A stretch of 64,000 nucleotides of DNA, taken from Centruroides vittatus. Taxonomy: Eukaryota. The first letter of the stretch is position 1; every line of letters begins with the position of its first letter. Position numbers and translations under genes: made by a program. The DNA lies in assembly GCF_030686945.1 (NCBI RefSeq), contig NW_027122681.1, positions 1,866,938 through 1,930,937 of the forward strand. Direction: 5' to 3'. The notes beneath the pieces were generated by a model, which made no database searches, had not been told where the DNA came from, and saw only the letters and a program-made list of their open reading frames with translations. This document shows positions 31,683-45,800 of the stretch, piece after piece.

Positions 31683-31910
31683 TATTAGCGAGGTTGAGGC
31701 CGAAGTTTTCAACGCAAAAACGTGTACGTCGGAGGTTTGGCACCACTTTCCTGTAAGCCTAGAAGTTTGGCAATGGCCTTTGGAATGTCAATCATAATTC
31801 CACTGACTTTCCAAACGCCATTGCTAAACTTCTAGGCTTACAGGAAAGCGGTGCTGAACGTCCAACATACATGTTTTCACGTTGAAAACTTCGGCCTCAA
31901 CCTCGCTATT
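31683..31910. mobile_element. Foldback MITE, complete copy, in an intron of the WD40 gene
   Basis: TATTAGCGAGGTTGAGGCCGAAGTTTTCAACGC...CCTCGCTATT is from the same family. The ORF 31824..32015 overlaps this repeat and is spurious. Confidence 0.88.
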
Positions 31911-32071
31911 GTACATGTTTGATTCTTTTACATTTGTGCTGAAAATGGGGTTAAAAACATTAATATTTGATTTCCTTAAGCTAGTAGTACTTTGTATTAG
32001 ATGTAATTTATGCAAAAACTGGACTTGTATTAACTTATATCTTGATCCTTACATAAATTTCTCTCTTACAG

Positions 32072-32739
32072 GAAGTATTCCAGCACCAACAGCTGGATTT
32101 TGTCGGTGTGATATTTCAAAATTAAAGAATTTGATTGCTGTACCAGGTGAGAAAGCTTTCCAAATAGATTTGTACGATCTTGAAAAATGTAGTTTGGTAT
32201 CAACCCTCATACCAGAATCACCAGATAAATATGGAATGTGCATTTGTGTAAAATGGTTAAAGCCGGGAAACCATATTCTCTGTGGTTACGAAAATGGAAA
32301 AATTATCCTTTGGGACATAAATCAAGCAGCAGTATTGTCAGAATTAACATGTCACAAGGAACCAGTATTTGGATTAGATTTTGATGATTCTGTGAAGTGG
32401 GAAGGAATTACCTGTTCGGCAGAAGAAAAGCTTTGTGTATTTTCTATGAAAAATTTTTTGAGTCTGGTAGAAAAGAACTGCATTGTTTTGCCAACGACGG
32501 GTGCATCTTCTGTTGCAGTGAGACAGGATGGTAAAATTGTGGCATCTGGGGGATGGGATGGAATTATTCGCCTGTTTAGCTGGAAAACACTGAAACCACT
32601 TGCGTATCTAAATTTTCACAAATCAGCTATAAACTGTTTGAAATTTTATGATGGTAAATCAGAAAATCATGCAAAACTATTAGCTGCCGGCTCAAAAGAC
32701 AAAAGGATAACACTCTGGTCCATATATAGAGATAAATGA
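32072..32739 (+). CDS. WD40-repeat protein gene, last exon
   Basis: Pyrimidine tract plus CAG acceptor at 32069-32071. The sequence carries several WD repeats (ILCGYENGKIILWDI, IVASGGWDGIIRLFSW, LLAAGSKDKRITLWSI), and the stop is at 32737-32739. Confidence 0.8.
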
Positions 32740-35700
32740 CAGTTTATTACTTCTTTGTACATGAAATTTCAATATAAACAAATTGCTTGGACACGTGTAT
32801 CTTGGAAAAATATTTTGTTTTCACAAAATATCGTGTTGCAATCTTTTAATAGTAAAACTCAAAAAAAGAAAAATTGTCTTTATCGAGTACATTAACCATT
32901 TCTATTGCTACATTTTCGAAAGTTATCGTATTAAGATTTAAACAATCTTTATCACAATGTTCGTAAATGCACTTTTAACAGATATAGAAATCACAAGTAT
33001 CTCATAAGTAAGAATAATCTTTAACTGCTGTCTATCAGGTATAATTTATGGTTTGACCGACATTTTGAGTATAAAAATTCAACATCTTTTTCTACGCAAG
33101 AAAATTTTATATTTTATAGGTCCATAACAAAATGTAGACAAGGTAAAGCATTTTGAATTGCACATGCAAATACCTTTGTTGACAAAGACCAAAGTATCTA
33201 CACGACGATATATGCTTCATCTCCTCGACATTAATAGGAACATAGCAACCACACAACACGACAAGGTCTTTTCCGAAACAAAAAAAAAGGCAACTTAGAG
33301 TTTGATTTACATTTTACTTTGAATTTAAAATGTTCCAAGGCATGTGGAAAAGTACATCTTAAATTCAAAGTAATAGTGTTTATGATAATTGATTCTAGTA
33401 TATTTTAACTATTTGAAATCCATATATACATACACAGAAAATTGCATTATTTAAATGATTCTACATCAATGTCTCCCTTTCATACAATGTTAAAACGAGC
33501 TATCCAGGATAAAATAGAGCAGAACTTGCCTTCAATGATCATCCTAGTAAAAAAGTTACATGCTTTACTTTCTTATTGAGCTAACATAATCATTTTGAAT
33601 AATTTTCATTGTTTGTCAAGAGATTTGTTAAATTGAACATCTCTCGTCGTTAACATGCATATCTATTAATTCACAATACATTCAATTTTTTGATTGATAC
33701 CCTAACTCATGGATTTTGTTAGATTAATTTCAAATTTTATAAAATTGTTTTACGTTAATTGTTTACAGTGATGGTTCTTAAACTTAGAACAAAATATTTC
33801 AATAAAAATAAATGGTTTTGTATTTATTTTTTGAAGAGTTATTGAAAATTATGTGATCAAATAAATAATGTGGATGTGAGAGTCTTCCTTAGTAAAAATA
33901 TTTGTACATCAAATTTACATTGCATAAAAATTTCTTGATAATAATTACAGGGGATTGTTGAGATCTCTCGGGAGTAGTCCCAATGACTGGAGGCACACGG
34001 CAGCTGCCTGAGCCTTAGCATGTTTTTTATTTGGGCTGGAACACGTGGGTTGATAAACTACTCCATTAATCCTCACCTATTAAATACATTCTGATTTATT
34101 TAAATGGGACGTAAATGTATTATTGAGAAAATTATAAAATGAAAATTACCCGGAACAAAAATGTTTTTCTGTGGTCAGGTCCATTTTCATCAATAAGCTG
34201 GAACTCTGGAGCTCCCCATTTTCTCTTGGAACATAATTCCATCAGAGCAGAAACTGGATGTTTACCTAAAAATATTTGTAATCATATGATGAAAACCAAA
34301 AAACCCAATGGCACAAAGTTAGCTTTTTAATCTGTCTATAAGGCATAATCCAAATGTCAAGAGAAACAAAAACCTCACACTACAGTTCATGAAACAAGAC
34401 ATGCCAGTACTGGACTGTCTGACAACTACGAAATGGAATAATTCAAAATTAATTAGTAAAAACCCCTAATTAGGGAGAAAGAGACTAACAGAAGAAAAAG
34501 TTTGGTAGTGTTTGCACTGCTATATATATATCTGTTCAGATATCTCTGAATAGGGATACTTTAATGATCATCCTGTAAATGTATTTGCATGCATTGAAGA
34601 TTAAAATTTGGCATGTAAAACCAGATATTTGAATTTTTGTGGTATGCTGGAGATCATCTTTCCATTACGTCTGCATTTCTCAAATTTTTATTGCCATATT
34701 TTGTCATGAGTATATGCAGGTCCAGTCTATAATTTAAGCAACTGGTAGCATGCGACATATTGACCAAACTGCTTGCATTAAAATTTAATGCAAGCAGTTT
34801 GGTGATTGAAAAATATCCACTTAATTTTAGTGTAGAAATAATACCAAGAACACATTAAAACTAAATTTGACCAAAATATGATAATAAGTTGAAACTGCAA
34901 AATGCCATCTACAGCTAAAAATAACAAATGTGAAACCAGACTTCACAAAATCAATTTCTTCCATCTCATTTCAATAATTATAAAGTTGAAATTGAAACCA
35001 AAAAATTGTTTTGCATGTTACTTGTTTTTTTAATATTTGCATTAAAATAAATTACTAACATTTAAACAGGAATAAATTCTCCCAAATTATCTTTACGTGA
35101 GATGTGTGTGCTATTATTACTAAACTTATTAAAACTTTAGAACGGGTTTTCAATCTTTTTTACCCGTGGACCTTTTCACCTTAGTTTTCTTTTTTTGTGT
35201 GGACCCCCATAGACATTGCACAGGAAAAAACTTTATATTTTTTTCATTACATTGTTTCAAATTGGAAAAATATTTTAATACTGAAGCTCTGAATTTCAGA
35301 AAAAGTAACTACTGTATTTATGGACTAGCACTTTTAATACCTCTTACCTTGTCAAGATGAAGTTTTGCACAGAACTGAAGGTTAGGGTTAAAATAAACTG
35401 ATTAATGGCCAACCACTTAGCTTTTCCAAAGTCAACATCTTTTAAGGAAGAAAAGATGTTTGAAATGATAATCATTAGGAAATGAACAGTTCACGATCAC
35501 AATTTCGCTTAAGGCTACCACTGATTACACAAAACAAGAACAACTGACAGCACTCTGACCAAAATTTATTGCATTGAATAGACATGTATGAATGTGTTGA
35601 ATTTTGGTCTATTGTCATCAGCAAATTCCACACTGACTGCAGCTTGAATGACAAACTAATAGCATGTGTATCAATTGTTTTTTGCTGATAGAGCCAATGT

Positions 35701-37969
35701 CTGACTTCAACACATATAAGATAATGTATTTATCTTGAATTTGTCTCCCTATTTCAAATGTATTACTACTTGAAATATATTTTTTTATTATAAAAATCAT
35801 TTTACAGCTAGAATTCTGTAGTCACAAGATTTTAAGATTTAAGACTCTCTTAAATCTTAAATTTTGTTCGCATGAATTTGAATTGATGCATTTAATACTT
35901 GAAATTTCCAGTTTTCTCAAAACAATTAAATATTTTATTATAAATTTTTAATTATAATAAATGATAAAGACTGAATAAAATAATGGAATATAATAACAAC
36001 ACCTAATTATTATTAGTTTAGACTAGAAAGTTCAACTTAAGAAACAAACCTTTAATATCCAACATCAAAATTTAACAAGAATAAACACTTTTAGCTAATT
36101 TATCATATAAACTGGCATACAAGTTGACTTTTTAAACTTGAGAAAGCTTTCTGAAACTAAAGACTGACTTTGCAGCAGGGACAAGTTCTGAACCTTTTCT
36201 GCAGAATATTAAGCAATTTCTATGCACCCATAAATATTCCCAACTAAAGCTCACAATTATGTTAATCTCTATATTAAATAAATTTATTAATAATAATTCA
36301 GTATAAATGAATATTACACAAACTATCCAACAACTGATGCGCCAACCATTCATCACTAAAGCAAAAGGCAGAGCACAAGCTGTGTAATATAATGTTTTAC
36401 TACCATAAACTAAGTACCAGTTCATCATTGTACTATGCTCTATAAACTATGGAGTAATATAACAGTAGGTTTGATGTACTGTACAGTACAATGAATTTCT
36501 TATCAAAACAACTTGGCCTACTAAATATTTTTAGCAGTTGTTTGATGTCTTACCTGGACCCTATTGTTTGCATCCCTTTTTATGCAAGTGTCATATATGG
36601 AGCAGTTAGTGTCTCAAATGAAAGTTATATATTTATTATACATTTTGGGCATAGATTACCACATACGGTAGCCACACTTCTAATACTGTATGACTCAACC
36701 CCAAACATGTGATAGATTGAAACCAAAACTTTGAGCTGAAAATCTTGAGAATGACTTGTATGCCAGCATACAATATAAATTATTTATCATTAGCTTCCAA
36801 TCAAATAACAATATTCTAGAATTATCAATTCTTGGAGACCATAAGTTCTACTAATATTTCAGACTATGAAAAATGTCTCCCTAAGAACCTGCACTTGTAT
36901 ATCCAAATTTACCTAATTTATTAAACAATCTACATTCCCTAGTATCACCCATAACTTCAAACTGTCCCGCTCTTGTAATATAAGAAAGAATTAAAGAACA
37001 AAGATGATACATTAAATAACAGGATTACAACAGAAGGCTACTTTCCACAATGGAATCAATATTCAACTAATTGCCTCTTATCACAAGAAGATTTTTATTA
37101 GAGAATCTTTAAAAAATTTAATACAAAAGCCCTGTAACACCAACATTGGCAAACTAACTCAGTGTTCCACAACTGGTGTGCTGTCACATGGTGAAAGGTG
37201 CGACGTGAACTTTTACATATTCTGTTAATTTCAAGTTTTATTTATATATTTTTATCATAGTTGTTGTCTTTCTTATGCTTGTATTTCATTCTCTGCCGCA
37301 GCACTGATGAAATATGATGATGATTGTTTATTCTTTATTACAAGCATGCATTTTTATGTGTTCTAAGAAATTATATGTAAAATAAATTTGCTCACAGGTG
37401 TTGACGTCTGTTTAATAATAATAATAGGTTATTGGCATTACGTAATTCTATTAGTAGTATCATATCATACGTTTTTGAGGGGAATAACATTTTGGTGTGC
37501 TGTGTTGAGTCACGGCTGTGCCACAAGTAGAAAAAGGTTGCGGAATACTGAACTAACTGATATACAAAAACATATTTTATACAGAGAGAGGAAAAAATTC
37601 TTTTTTTTTTATAATTTTTTCACCACTATTCAATCTTTAAATCAGTGGAACAATGTTCTGTTTTAAATGCTTGTTTTCTTGAGAAAGCTTGATTGATCAA
37701 GTGAAAATTTTCACTAAAATTAAAATAAGAATGCTAAATATTCTTTATAACTCATTAAATTTTTCAGCCTACAACACTGAAAATAAGGGTACACTTTTTC
37801 TAATTCATTCATAACCATAGTTCTAGAATCCTATAACATAAACTACTCTCAACTGGAACCTAAAGATAGGTAATTAGATGGGCCAAAATGTTTTCTCGTT
37901 AGATTTTTACGTCAAATATCAACAATTTTAGTTTCTTAAATAATTAAAAGTTTAACATACTGAAATTAC

Positions 37970-38035
37970 CTGAAAGATCTTTAGCAATTGGTTGCGGTGG
38001 AACTTTCTTTGATATGTCATCGTCTGATTTAAGAC
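37970..38035 (-). CDS. G-patch protein gene, following exon (GLKSDDDISKKVPPQPIAKDLS); the gene continues below 37970 and was not resolved
   Basis: The phase-1 acceptor ATTAG is in frame with the G-patch exon. A GTAATT donor follows. Confidence 0.5.
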
Positions 38036-38108
38036 CTAATATAAAGTATTCAATAGAAAATGAACATTGTTTTTTGGAGAAAGATATTTAGCAGTGATCA
38101 GTAGCTTA

Positions 38109-38256
38109 CCTCGCTTATCAGTTTTAATATCAAGAAGAAGAGGTTCAAGTACACCTTCCTTATTTTTTCCTAATCCCTCTCCAGGATTCCATCCCATTTT
38201 TCGTAAGAGATGCATACCTATACCTTCTCTAACAGGCATAGCTCTACTAAACTGAT
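38109..38256 (-). CDS. G-patch protein gene, G-patch domain exon
   Basis: DQFSRAMPVREGIGMHLLRKMGWNPGEGLGKNKEGVLEPLLLDIKTDKR carries the G-patch consensus (G..ll.KMGW..G.GLGk...G...P). Acceptor TTCTAG and donor GTAAGC. Confidence 0.75.
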
Positions 38257-41253
38257 CCTAGAAGTATTACAAATAGTCTTAAAATATTCCACATCTGAAA
38301 GATGCTTCATCATACAATTTTATTTTAAATTATCTCAATACATAACATTCAATATCACTCCTTATCACTCAAGAATAAATTCTGTATGCAATGCTTAAAT
38401 TTTAATTTAATAAAAAAAAAGTACTCTATACATTTAGAATTATGCTGTAGAGGGAAAAAATTAATCAAAATTATAATTAATGAGAAAATTTAATTATTTT
38501 ATACTGTGAAATATTTCTTCTGAAAATTGATAAGATTTTCTTTGGAGTTAAATCTCATTTCTGAAAGAAAGCAGAACTAAAACAAGAAAAAAAAAAAAGA
38601 AATATCTTCATCTAATATAGCAACATATTTACTGATAAACGAATATAAATTTCAATATATTTACCATTTATATCATTTTGTTACAGAAAAATTAATATAA
38701 AAAATAAGTACACATGAATATGTATTTACAATACAAATGCTGTTTCTAAGTAACCAGAGCTGTGCAAGCAAAGTCTCAAATGACCACTGCTTGCCAATTC
38801 AGCTCTCTTACCTATTCTAATCGGAATGTCGGCAACGACGGAGTCACCTAGAACTTCTCTTCTGCAGTGCAATGGACAAATCGCAGCACATCGGGAAAGA
38901 TTCTTTTGAAAGAATGCCTGCAACAAGCTCTCAGCCAATTACCTTTTTTTGTCACAAACTTGCTTAATGCTAGGCTACTGTGATATTCACTTTGTATATT
39001 TATAAAATAAAAAAATATACATATATATATAAGCAGTGAAAACTACAGTAGCCAAATTAGCCTAAACACGTTTGTAACATATTACATTAGTGGTCTAATT
39101 AATGTAGTAACTTTAAGATTAAAAATATCTCATTAAGGAAATTTGGAGAGAGCCTGTAGCAGGCTGATCAGAATTTGTGTGACATAATACATTAGTTGTC
39201 AGCAATAATGAATATTTTTTTAAAAAAATAAACAGTTTAGACTTATGCTATCTACATGTTAACTAAGAACTATTCTAGCAATTTAGTCCTATTAATAAAT
39301 ATTACTACTACTAAAATTTTTAAAATATGTTATTATATTAACATATTTTTTCTAATCTGAACTATATTAAAAAATATACATTAAATAACTTTGAATTCTT
39401 TTAATTTTATAAATCTTTACAACTAAAATAATTATTTATAAATATCTAATTTGGTCTCAAATTATTTACTAAAAATTATATCTATGTATATTTGCTGACA
39501 AAATATGTATTATAACTCATTATTAGATATAATATTTCAGATTTAATTTGCAGTTTATGTGAATACTGTTACAACTATTGTTCATTAGTAAAAGGTCAAC
39601 TTGATTTGTCTGCCGTATATGCCATTTTTACTGAACATGCCATTTTCCTACTTGATTCATGGAGCTAGCAGTCAGCCATGCACTATATTTGCTATGGTGG
39701 CTGCTCACTGGCTGTCAATGACAGATGAAAACTTACATGTGGTAGGGTGTGTTTGTAAGTTTGGTAAATCAAGATACCAATGTTGACAGTGGTTATATGT
39801 GGGAAACCAGATGACCAAGGATGTTAAAGGTGCCTTGGTCCTCCAAGGCAGCCTACTGCTTTGGAGGACCAAGATCAAATCCATCATCTATTCAAACACA
39901 ATTCAAACAAAACTTCAACTATAGCAATAGTGTCACATCAATAGTGATCAATGCCAATGCCTCTGCCATTTTTCTTCCAAATGTGACAGAATTCCACTTG
40001 ATTCCTTCCTTCCCATATCTGCTAGTTTCTTCCCATAAGTTTGTTGTGCAAATTTATGGAAAGAAACTGGCAGATATGGACAAGAGCTGCCAGAAAGGAA
40101 GATACAACAGACAAATCAATTTGATGTAAAAGACACTGGGTTTGCTGTAAATTTCAACCTAAAATACTATTGTTTTATAGTAATCATCAGATTTATTATA
40201 TTTGAAATGGACAACTGTTTCTTCAATCTTACTGATTTAATTTTATTCTATTCATAAACATCATTTTAAATTTTATTGAAATTTTCCTCAGTATTTAAAT
40301 TAATATTTAAGATGAAGAGATTAAAATTAATTCACTCAAGGCTCAGGAGAAGGTGGCAGATCGAGATCAAGAGGATCTTGAAAAGTTGAGGATACAATGT
40401 TAAAAGAATCTTTGAGGAGGAGTCATAAACAAATCAGCAGCAATCCACAATCTGACTTGTAATGGAAGTGGAGACGTGCAAGTGAGAAATTAATTTATTC
40501 TAATGGTTTAAAGTGATAAATCATAAAAAGAAATTATATATTAATAGTTTAATTTGCTTGCAAATAATTATTTTATATGAAAACAATAAAATAAATACAC
40601 AAATATTTTTTAAAAATTTATGAATAAAATAAAATAAATAATTTAAAAAAAAAATGAAAATCATATTTATAGGTTTATGATAATAAGGATCATTAAATTA
40701 AATTTTAATGATGATGATAATGATTTTAAAAAATGAGATATAATTATTTTCATGAAGAAATTCAAATACAAACAGATTATATGTATGAAAAATTATTAAA
40801 ACTTCAAAGCAAAGAAACAAAATTTTTATATGCATAGCGTCTTGGTCAAATTTTAAGAATAACCACATAAGAATGACAAACAGGATGTCTACAATATAGT
40901 GATCAATAACATTTAACCCATCGAATCAACAAATGTAAGAGTTAATGAATGTTTTTAGCCACAATTCATTTATTTGCTGGATACAATATTGTTGATCACT
41001 ATATTTTAAGAATAATTTAGCTTTTGTGAATGTTTATATGAATGTGTATGTATGTATGTGTATATATGTAACAGTTTAATAATAATGTTTTGTTATTGAT
41101 ATCAGCTTAAGTATTGTTTTTTGCAAATTAAATTTGAAACTGTTTTAAAAATAAATTGTTTGTTTTTGGGCAACAACCTTAACCAATTAAATGAATTTTA
41201 AAAATTGTATGAAATGTTATTTCTGTGTATTTTTCTACAAATACTAATCATAC

Positions 41254-41367
41254 CTTCTTTACCCAAACTGGAACGGGTCCAGTTAATTCTTCTGGACTAA
41301 GAAGCCGTATATCAGTACTACCTGTATATTGACCAGGAAGTTGTTTAGACTGTACCCAGGCTTGCAT
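41254..41367 (-). CDS. G-patch protein gene, exon (MQAWVQSKQLPGQYTGSTDIRLLSPEELTGPVPVWVKK)
   Basis: Acceptor TTTTAAG and donor GTATGA; in frame with the neighbouring exons. Confidence 0.55.
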
Positions 41368-41475
41368 CTTAAAAATTTTTTAAAAATAAATAAAATAATG
41401 AAAAGTTTAAACTTAGTATGATGAACATAATTCAACTGAATTATTCCTAAATCAATAAAGAATTAAAGTTTTTAC

Positions 41476-41580
41476 TTTTTGTTGGGACTGAAACATTTGG
41501 TTTAATGCTTCCACGTCATTTGGATTCTCTTGTAATTTCCGAATGGCTTTTAGCCTTTGAGAAACAATTGCAGAAAGATC
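41476..41580 (-). CDS. G-patch protein gene, exon (DLSAIVSQRLKAIRKLQENPNDVEALNQMFQSQQK)
   Basis: Acceptor TTTTTTTAG and donor GTAAAAAC; phase 0 at both ends. Confidence 0.55.
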
Positions 41581-41699
41581 CTAAAAAAACAACCATTTTT
41601 ATTTTCTAATAATATAATGTATCATTGATGTAGGCAGCCCTCACCTTTCATATACATTTCTTACTATAAACTTAGTTTTGCAAAACACAATAATTTCTA

Positions 41700-42848
41700 C
41701 TTTTATAATTATTATTATTATTATTATGTTGGGTTAAGTGAGAGATACTCGGTTAACACCGGTGGTTAAGTACTATGCCGGACCAAAGTCAAGGCATAGT
41801 AACCAAAACAGAAATTAAAGAAGTGTATCAGTGTGTGTGTCTGTATTCAGGAATTTTCTCACAATATGACATGTATTCAATATAGTGGCCTTCTGTAGAG
41901 TGATATATGTGTTTCTATTCAATTCTAATGTGCCCAGGCTTTTGTGTAGTGTGTGTGGTATGACACCTGTAGAGGAGAGAACAACAGGTACAATAAGCAC
42001 CCTATCCATCCTCCACAGATGCCTTATTTCCTGGGCGAGTTCTGTGTACTTGCTAATTTTTTCAGTGCATGCGTTTTGTATATTGTGAGTGTTTGGAATG
42101 GATATGTCTATAATGTATGTGATTTTATTGTGTTTGTCAATGAGTGTGATGTCTGGTCTGTTGTGGTAAATTGTTTTATCTGTGATTATGGCTCTGTCGT
42201 AGTACATTTTGTGCTTGTTGTTTTCCAATACTGTCTGTGGAATGTATTTGTAGTATGGTTCGTGGATGTCTACTAATTTGTGTTTCTTTGCAAGCTCTTG
42301 GTGTATTATATTTGCTACTTGGTTATGTCTGTGTAAATAATCTGTCTGTGCCAAGAGCTTGCAACCAGAGGTGATGTGTTGTATAGTTTCTGGCATGATG
42401 TGACATTTTCTGCATGTGTCATTTGTGAGTGTTGCATCTTTGAGTATGTGTTTTCTGTAGTTTTTAGTATTTATGACCTGATCCTGTATGGCAATCATGA
42501 ATCCTTCCGTCTCCCCAAAGAGGCATCCCCGAGCTAACCAGCTGTTTGACGCAGTTTTGTCAACAAAATCCTGGGCCAGATCGTAAGGATGCCTGCCATG
42601 GAGTGCCTTTCGAGCCCACAATTGCTTAATGGTGTCTATGCTTTTTATATGTTGTGTTGTGTCCATATGATGTGAGTGTAAGTTTAATGGTGTGTTATTT
42701 GAGTCTGCTAGAGTTACTGCTTTATGTAATTGTGATGTTTCTTGTTTTTTGTAGAAAAACTCTCGCAGTGACTGTATTTGTTTGTAGTGAAGGTTAACTA
42801 TGTCAATCAGGCCACGTCCGCCATCTTTACGTGGAAGGGTTAATCTTT
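41700..42848 (-). mobile_element. 5'-truncated second copy of the same non-LTR element, inserted head-to-tail exactly at the (TAA)n tail of the full copy
   Basis: 42848 down to 41700 is about 97% identical to 43978 down to 42849. It ends in its own (TTA)n tail at 41704-41727 on the plus strand. ORF 41815..42666 equals the C-terminal 283 aa of the main ORF. Confidence 0.88.
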
Positions 42849-45800
42849 ATTATTATTATTATGGTTTAAGTTAGATATACTCGGTTAACACCGGTGGCTG
42901 TGTACTATGCCGGACCAAAGTCAAGGCATAGTAACCAAAACAGAAATTAAAGAAGTGTATCAGTGTGTGTGTCTGTATTCAGGAATTTTCTCACAATATG
43001 ACATGTATTCAATATAGTGGCCTTCTGTAGAGTGATATATGTGTTTCTATTCAATTCTAATGTGCCTAGGCTTTTGTGTAGTGTGTGTGGTATGACACCT
43101 GTAGAGGAGAGAACAACAGGTACAATAAGCACCCTATCCATCCTCCACAGATGCCTTATTTCCTGGGCGAGTTCTGTGTACTTGCTAATTTTTTCAGTGC
43201 ATGCGTTTTGTATATTGTGAGTGTTTGGAATGGATATGTCTATAATGTATGTGATTTTATTGTGTTTGTCAATGAGTGTGATGTCTGGTCTGTTGTGGTA
43301 AATTGTTCTATCTGTGATTATGGCTCTGTCGTAGTACATTTTGTGCGTGTTGTTTTCCAATACTGTCTGTGGAATGTACTTGTAGTATGGCTCATGGATG
43401 TCTACTAATTTGTGTTTCTTTGCAAGCTTTTGGTGTATTATATTTGCTACTTGATTATGTCTGTGTAGATAATCTGTCTGTGCCAAGAGCTTGCAACCAG
43501 AAGTGATGTGTTGTATAGTTTCTGGCAAGACGTGACATTTTCTGCATGTGTCATTTGTGAGTGTTGCATCTTTGAGTATGTGTTTTCTGTAGTTTTTAGT
43601 ATTTATGACCTGATCCTGTATGGCGATCATGAACCCTTCCGTCTCCCCAAAGAGGCATCCCCGAGCTAACCAGCTGTTTGACGCAGTTTTGTCAACAAAA
43701 TCCTGGGCCAGGTCGTAAGGATGCCTGCCATGGAGTGCCTTTCGAGCCCACGATTGCTTAATGGTGTCTATGCCTTTTATATGTTGTGTTGTGTCCATAT
43801 GATGTGAGTGTAAGTTTAATGGTGTGTTATTCGAATCTGCTAGAGTTACTGCTTTATGTAATTGTGATGTTTCTTGTTTCTTGTAGAAAAACTCTCGCAG
43901 CGACTGTATTTGTTTGTAGTGAAGGTTAACTATGTCAATCAGGCCACGTCCGCCATCTTTACGTGGAAGGGTTAATCTTTCTGTGGCGGATTTAGGATGA
44001 TGTTGTTTATGCTTAGTAAGTGTTGTTCTTGTTTTCCTTTGGAGTTGCTCAAGATCTGTGTGAGTCCAATGTATAACTCCAAAAGAATATGTGAGTACTG
44101 GGATGACATATGTATTTATTGCTTTAACTGTGTGTTTTGCATTTAACTGTGTTCTGAGAATAGCATTTAGCCTACTTTGGTATTCTTTAATTAATCTTTG
44201 CTTTATTTGTGTATGTTCTGTTAGTTTGGCCTGTTGGAATCCTAAATACTTGTAGAACTCACCCTCTTCCATGGATTCAATAACGTCTCCATTTCCAAGC
44301 GCAAAATCTTCTTTCTTCAGGATTCCTTTTTCTATGTGAAGTGTTTTGCATTTATCTAGGCCAAATTCCATTTGTATGTCCTTGGTGTATGAATGTGTGA
44401 TTTGTAGGAGTTGATGAAGTTGTTTTTGTGTGGATGCATAAAGTTTTATGTCATCCATGTACATGAGATGTGACAGTGTATACTGTGTTGTTTTTTCATG
44501 CCTGATATTGTAGCCATATTGTGTGTTGTTTAACATGTTGGATAATGGATTCAAGGCTAGGCAGAACCAGAGAGGACTCAAGGAATCTCCTTGAAAAATT
44601 CCTCGCCTAATAAAAATTTGGTTTGTTTGTATGAAAGTGTTATGAACCCTGAGATGTAGTGTTGTTCTCCAGTGCTGCATAGTGTTTTGAAAGAATGCAA
44701 TGAGTGATGGATGTATTTTGTACATGTGTAGGATATGTAGCAGCCAACTGTGTGGAACACTGTCGAATGCTTTTCTGTAGTCTATATATGCCATGTGTAT
44801 GTTTCTGTGTTGTCTGTGTGCTTGCCGTAGAATGACTGAATCTATGAGTAACTGTTCTTTGCATCCCCTGTGGTTTCTACGACAACCTTTTTGTTGTTCT
44901 GTAAGAATGTCGTGTTCTTCAATATGTTTGTATATTTTGTTTGTGATACAGGATGTCAATAATTTGTAGAGTGTTGGAAGACATGTAATTGGTCTGTATT
45001 GTGTGGGGTCTGTGGTATTGTTGTTTTTAGGTTTCATGTAGGTGATGCCCTGAGTAAGAAAATTTGGCATGTCTTGTGGATTGATGATGATGTGTGTTAG
45101 ATGTTTAGCTAGTTCCTGGTGCAGTGATGTAAACTTTTTGTACCAGAAATTGTGAATGTTGTCTACACCAGGTGTCTTCCAGTTGTGTGTTCTGTTAACA
45201 GTGTATTGGAAATCATGTATGTTTATTTCAACACAGGGCATAGTTGGTATGTTGTGCAAGTTTCTGTTCTCCTCCTCGATCCAGCCTGCATCAGCATTGT
45301 GCGTGACAGCACTGGACCAAAGAGAAGACCAATATGTTGTGAGTTCTTCTTCTGTTGGTGTGCCACTGTGCTGTGTATCAGTGTTTGCTTTGTTATTAAT
45401 TTGTCTGTAAAAGAGTTTTTCATTGTTTGTAAATAATTTATTTTGTTGTTTTCGTAGTGTACATGTTTTGTATCGTTTGAGTCTACGTGCTTTGGCAGCA
45501 AGTTTTTGTTTTAGTGTATCAATGTATTCTGTAATGCGTGTGTTGTGATGTTCATGTTTTGTGTGTGTTTTTATTTTCTTGAAAATGTTTTTGAGCTGTT
45601 TCCTTAATTTGGGTGTTATGTTGTTTTTAGTGTATTGTGTTAGCCTGCCTAATTGCTGTCTAATGTCATTAATTTGTGTTTCTATTCTTCTCTGCCAGGC
45701 AGGTTTGTGATAGAATTGTGTTTTCTGTGTATTTGTCTGTGATTGTACTTTCAGTCCATGGTGTGTCACTACTGTGACTGCCCCAGCATAAACTAATGTA

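Noticed and set aside
31882-32071. N-terminal part of ORF 31882..32739 (MKTSASTSLLYMFDSFTFVLKMGLKTLIFD...)
   Set aside because: It reads through the foldback MITE and the polypyrimidine tract. The real exon starts at the CAG acceptor, around 32072.
43017-45501. ORFs 43017..43220, 43085..43408, 45152..45436, 45156..45410, 45223..45501, 44578..44864, and their duplicates 41885..42276
   Set aside because: They are antisense or alternative-frame ORFs within the 1232-aa retrotransposon ORF, and they are Cys/Val-rich from a GT-rich antisense strand. They are artefacts.
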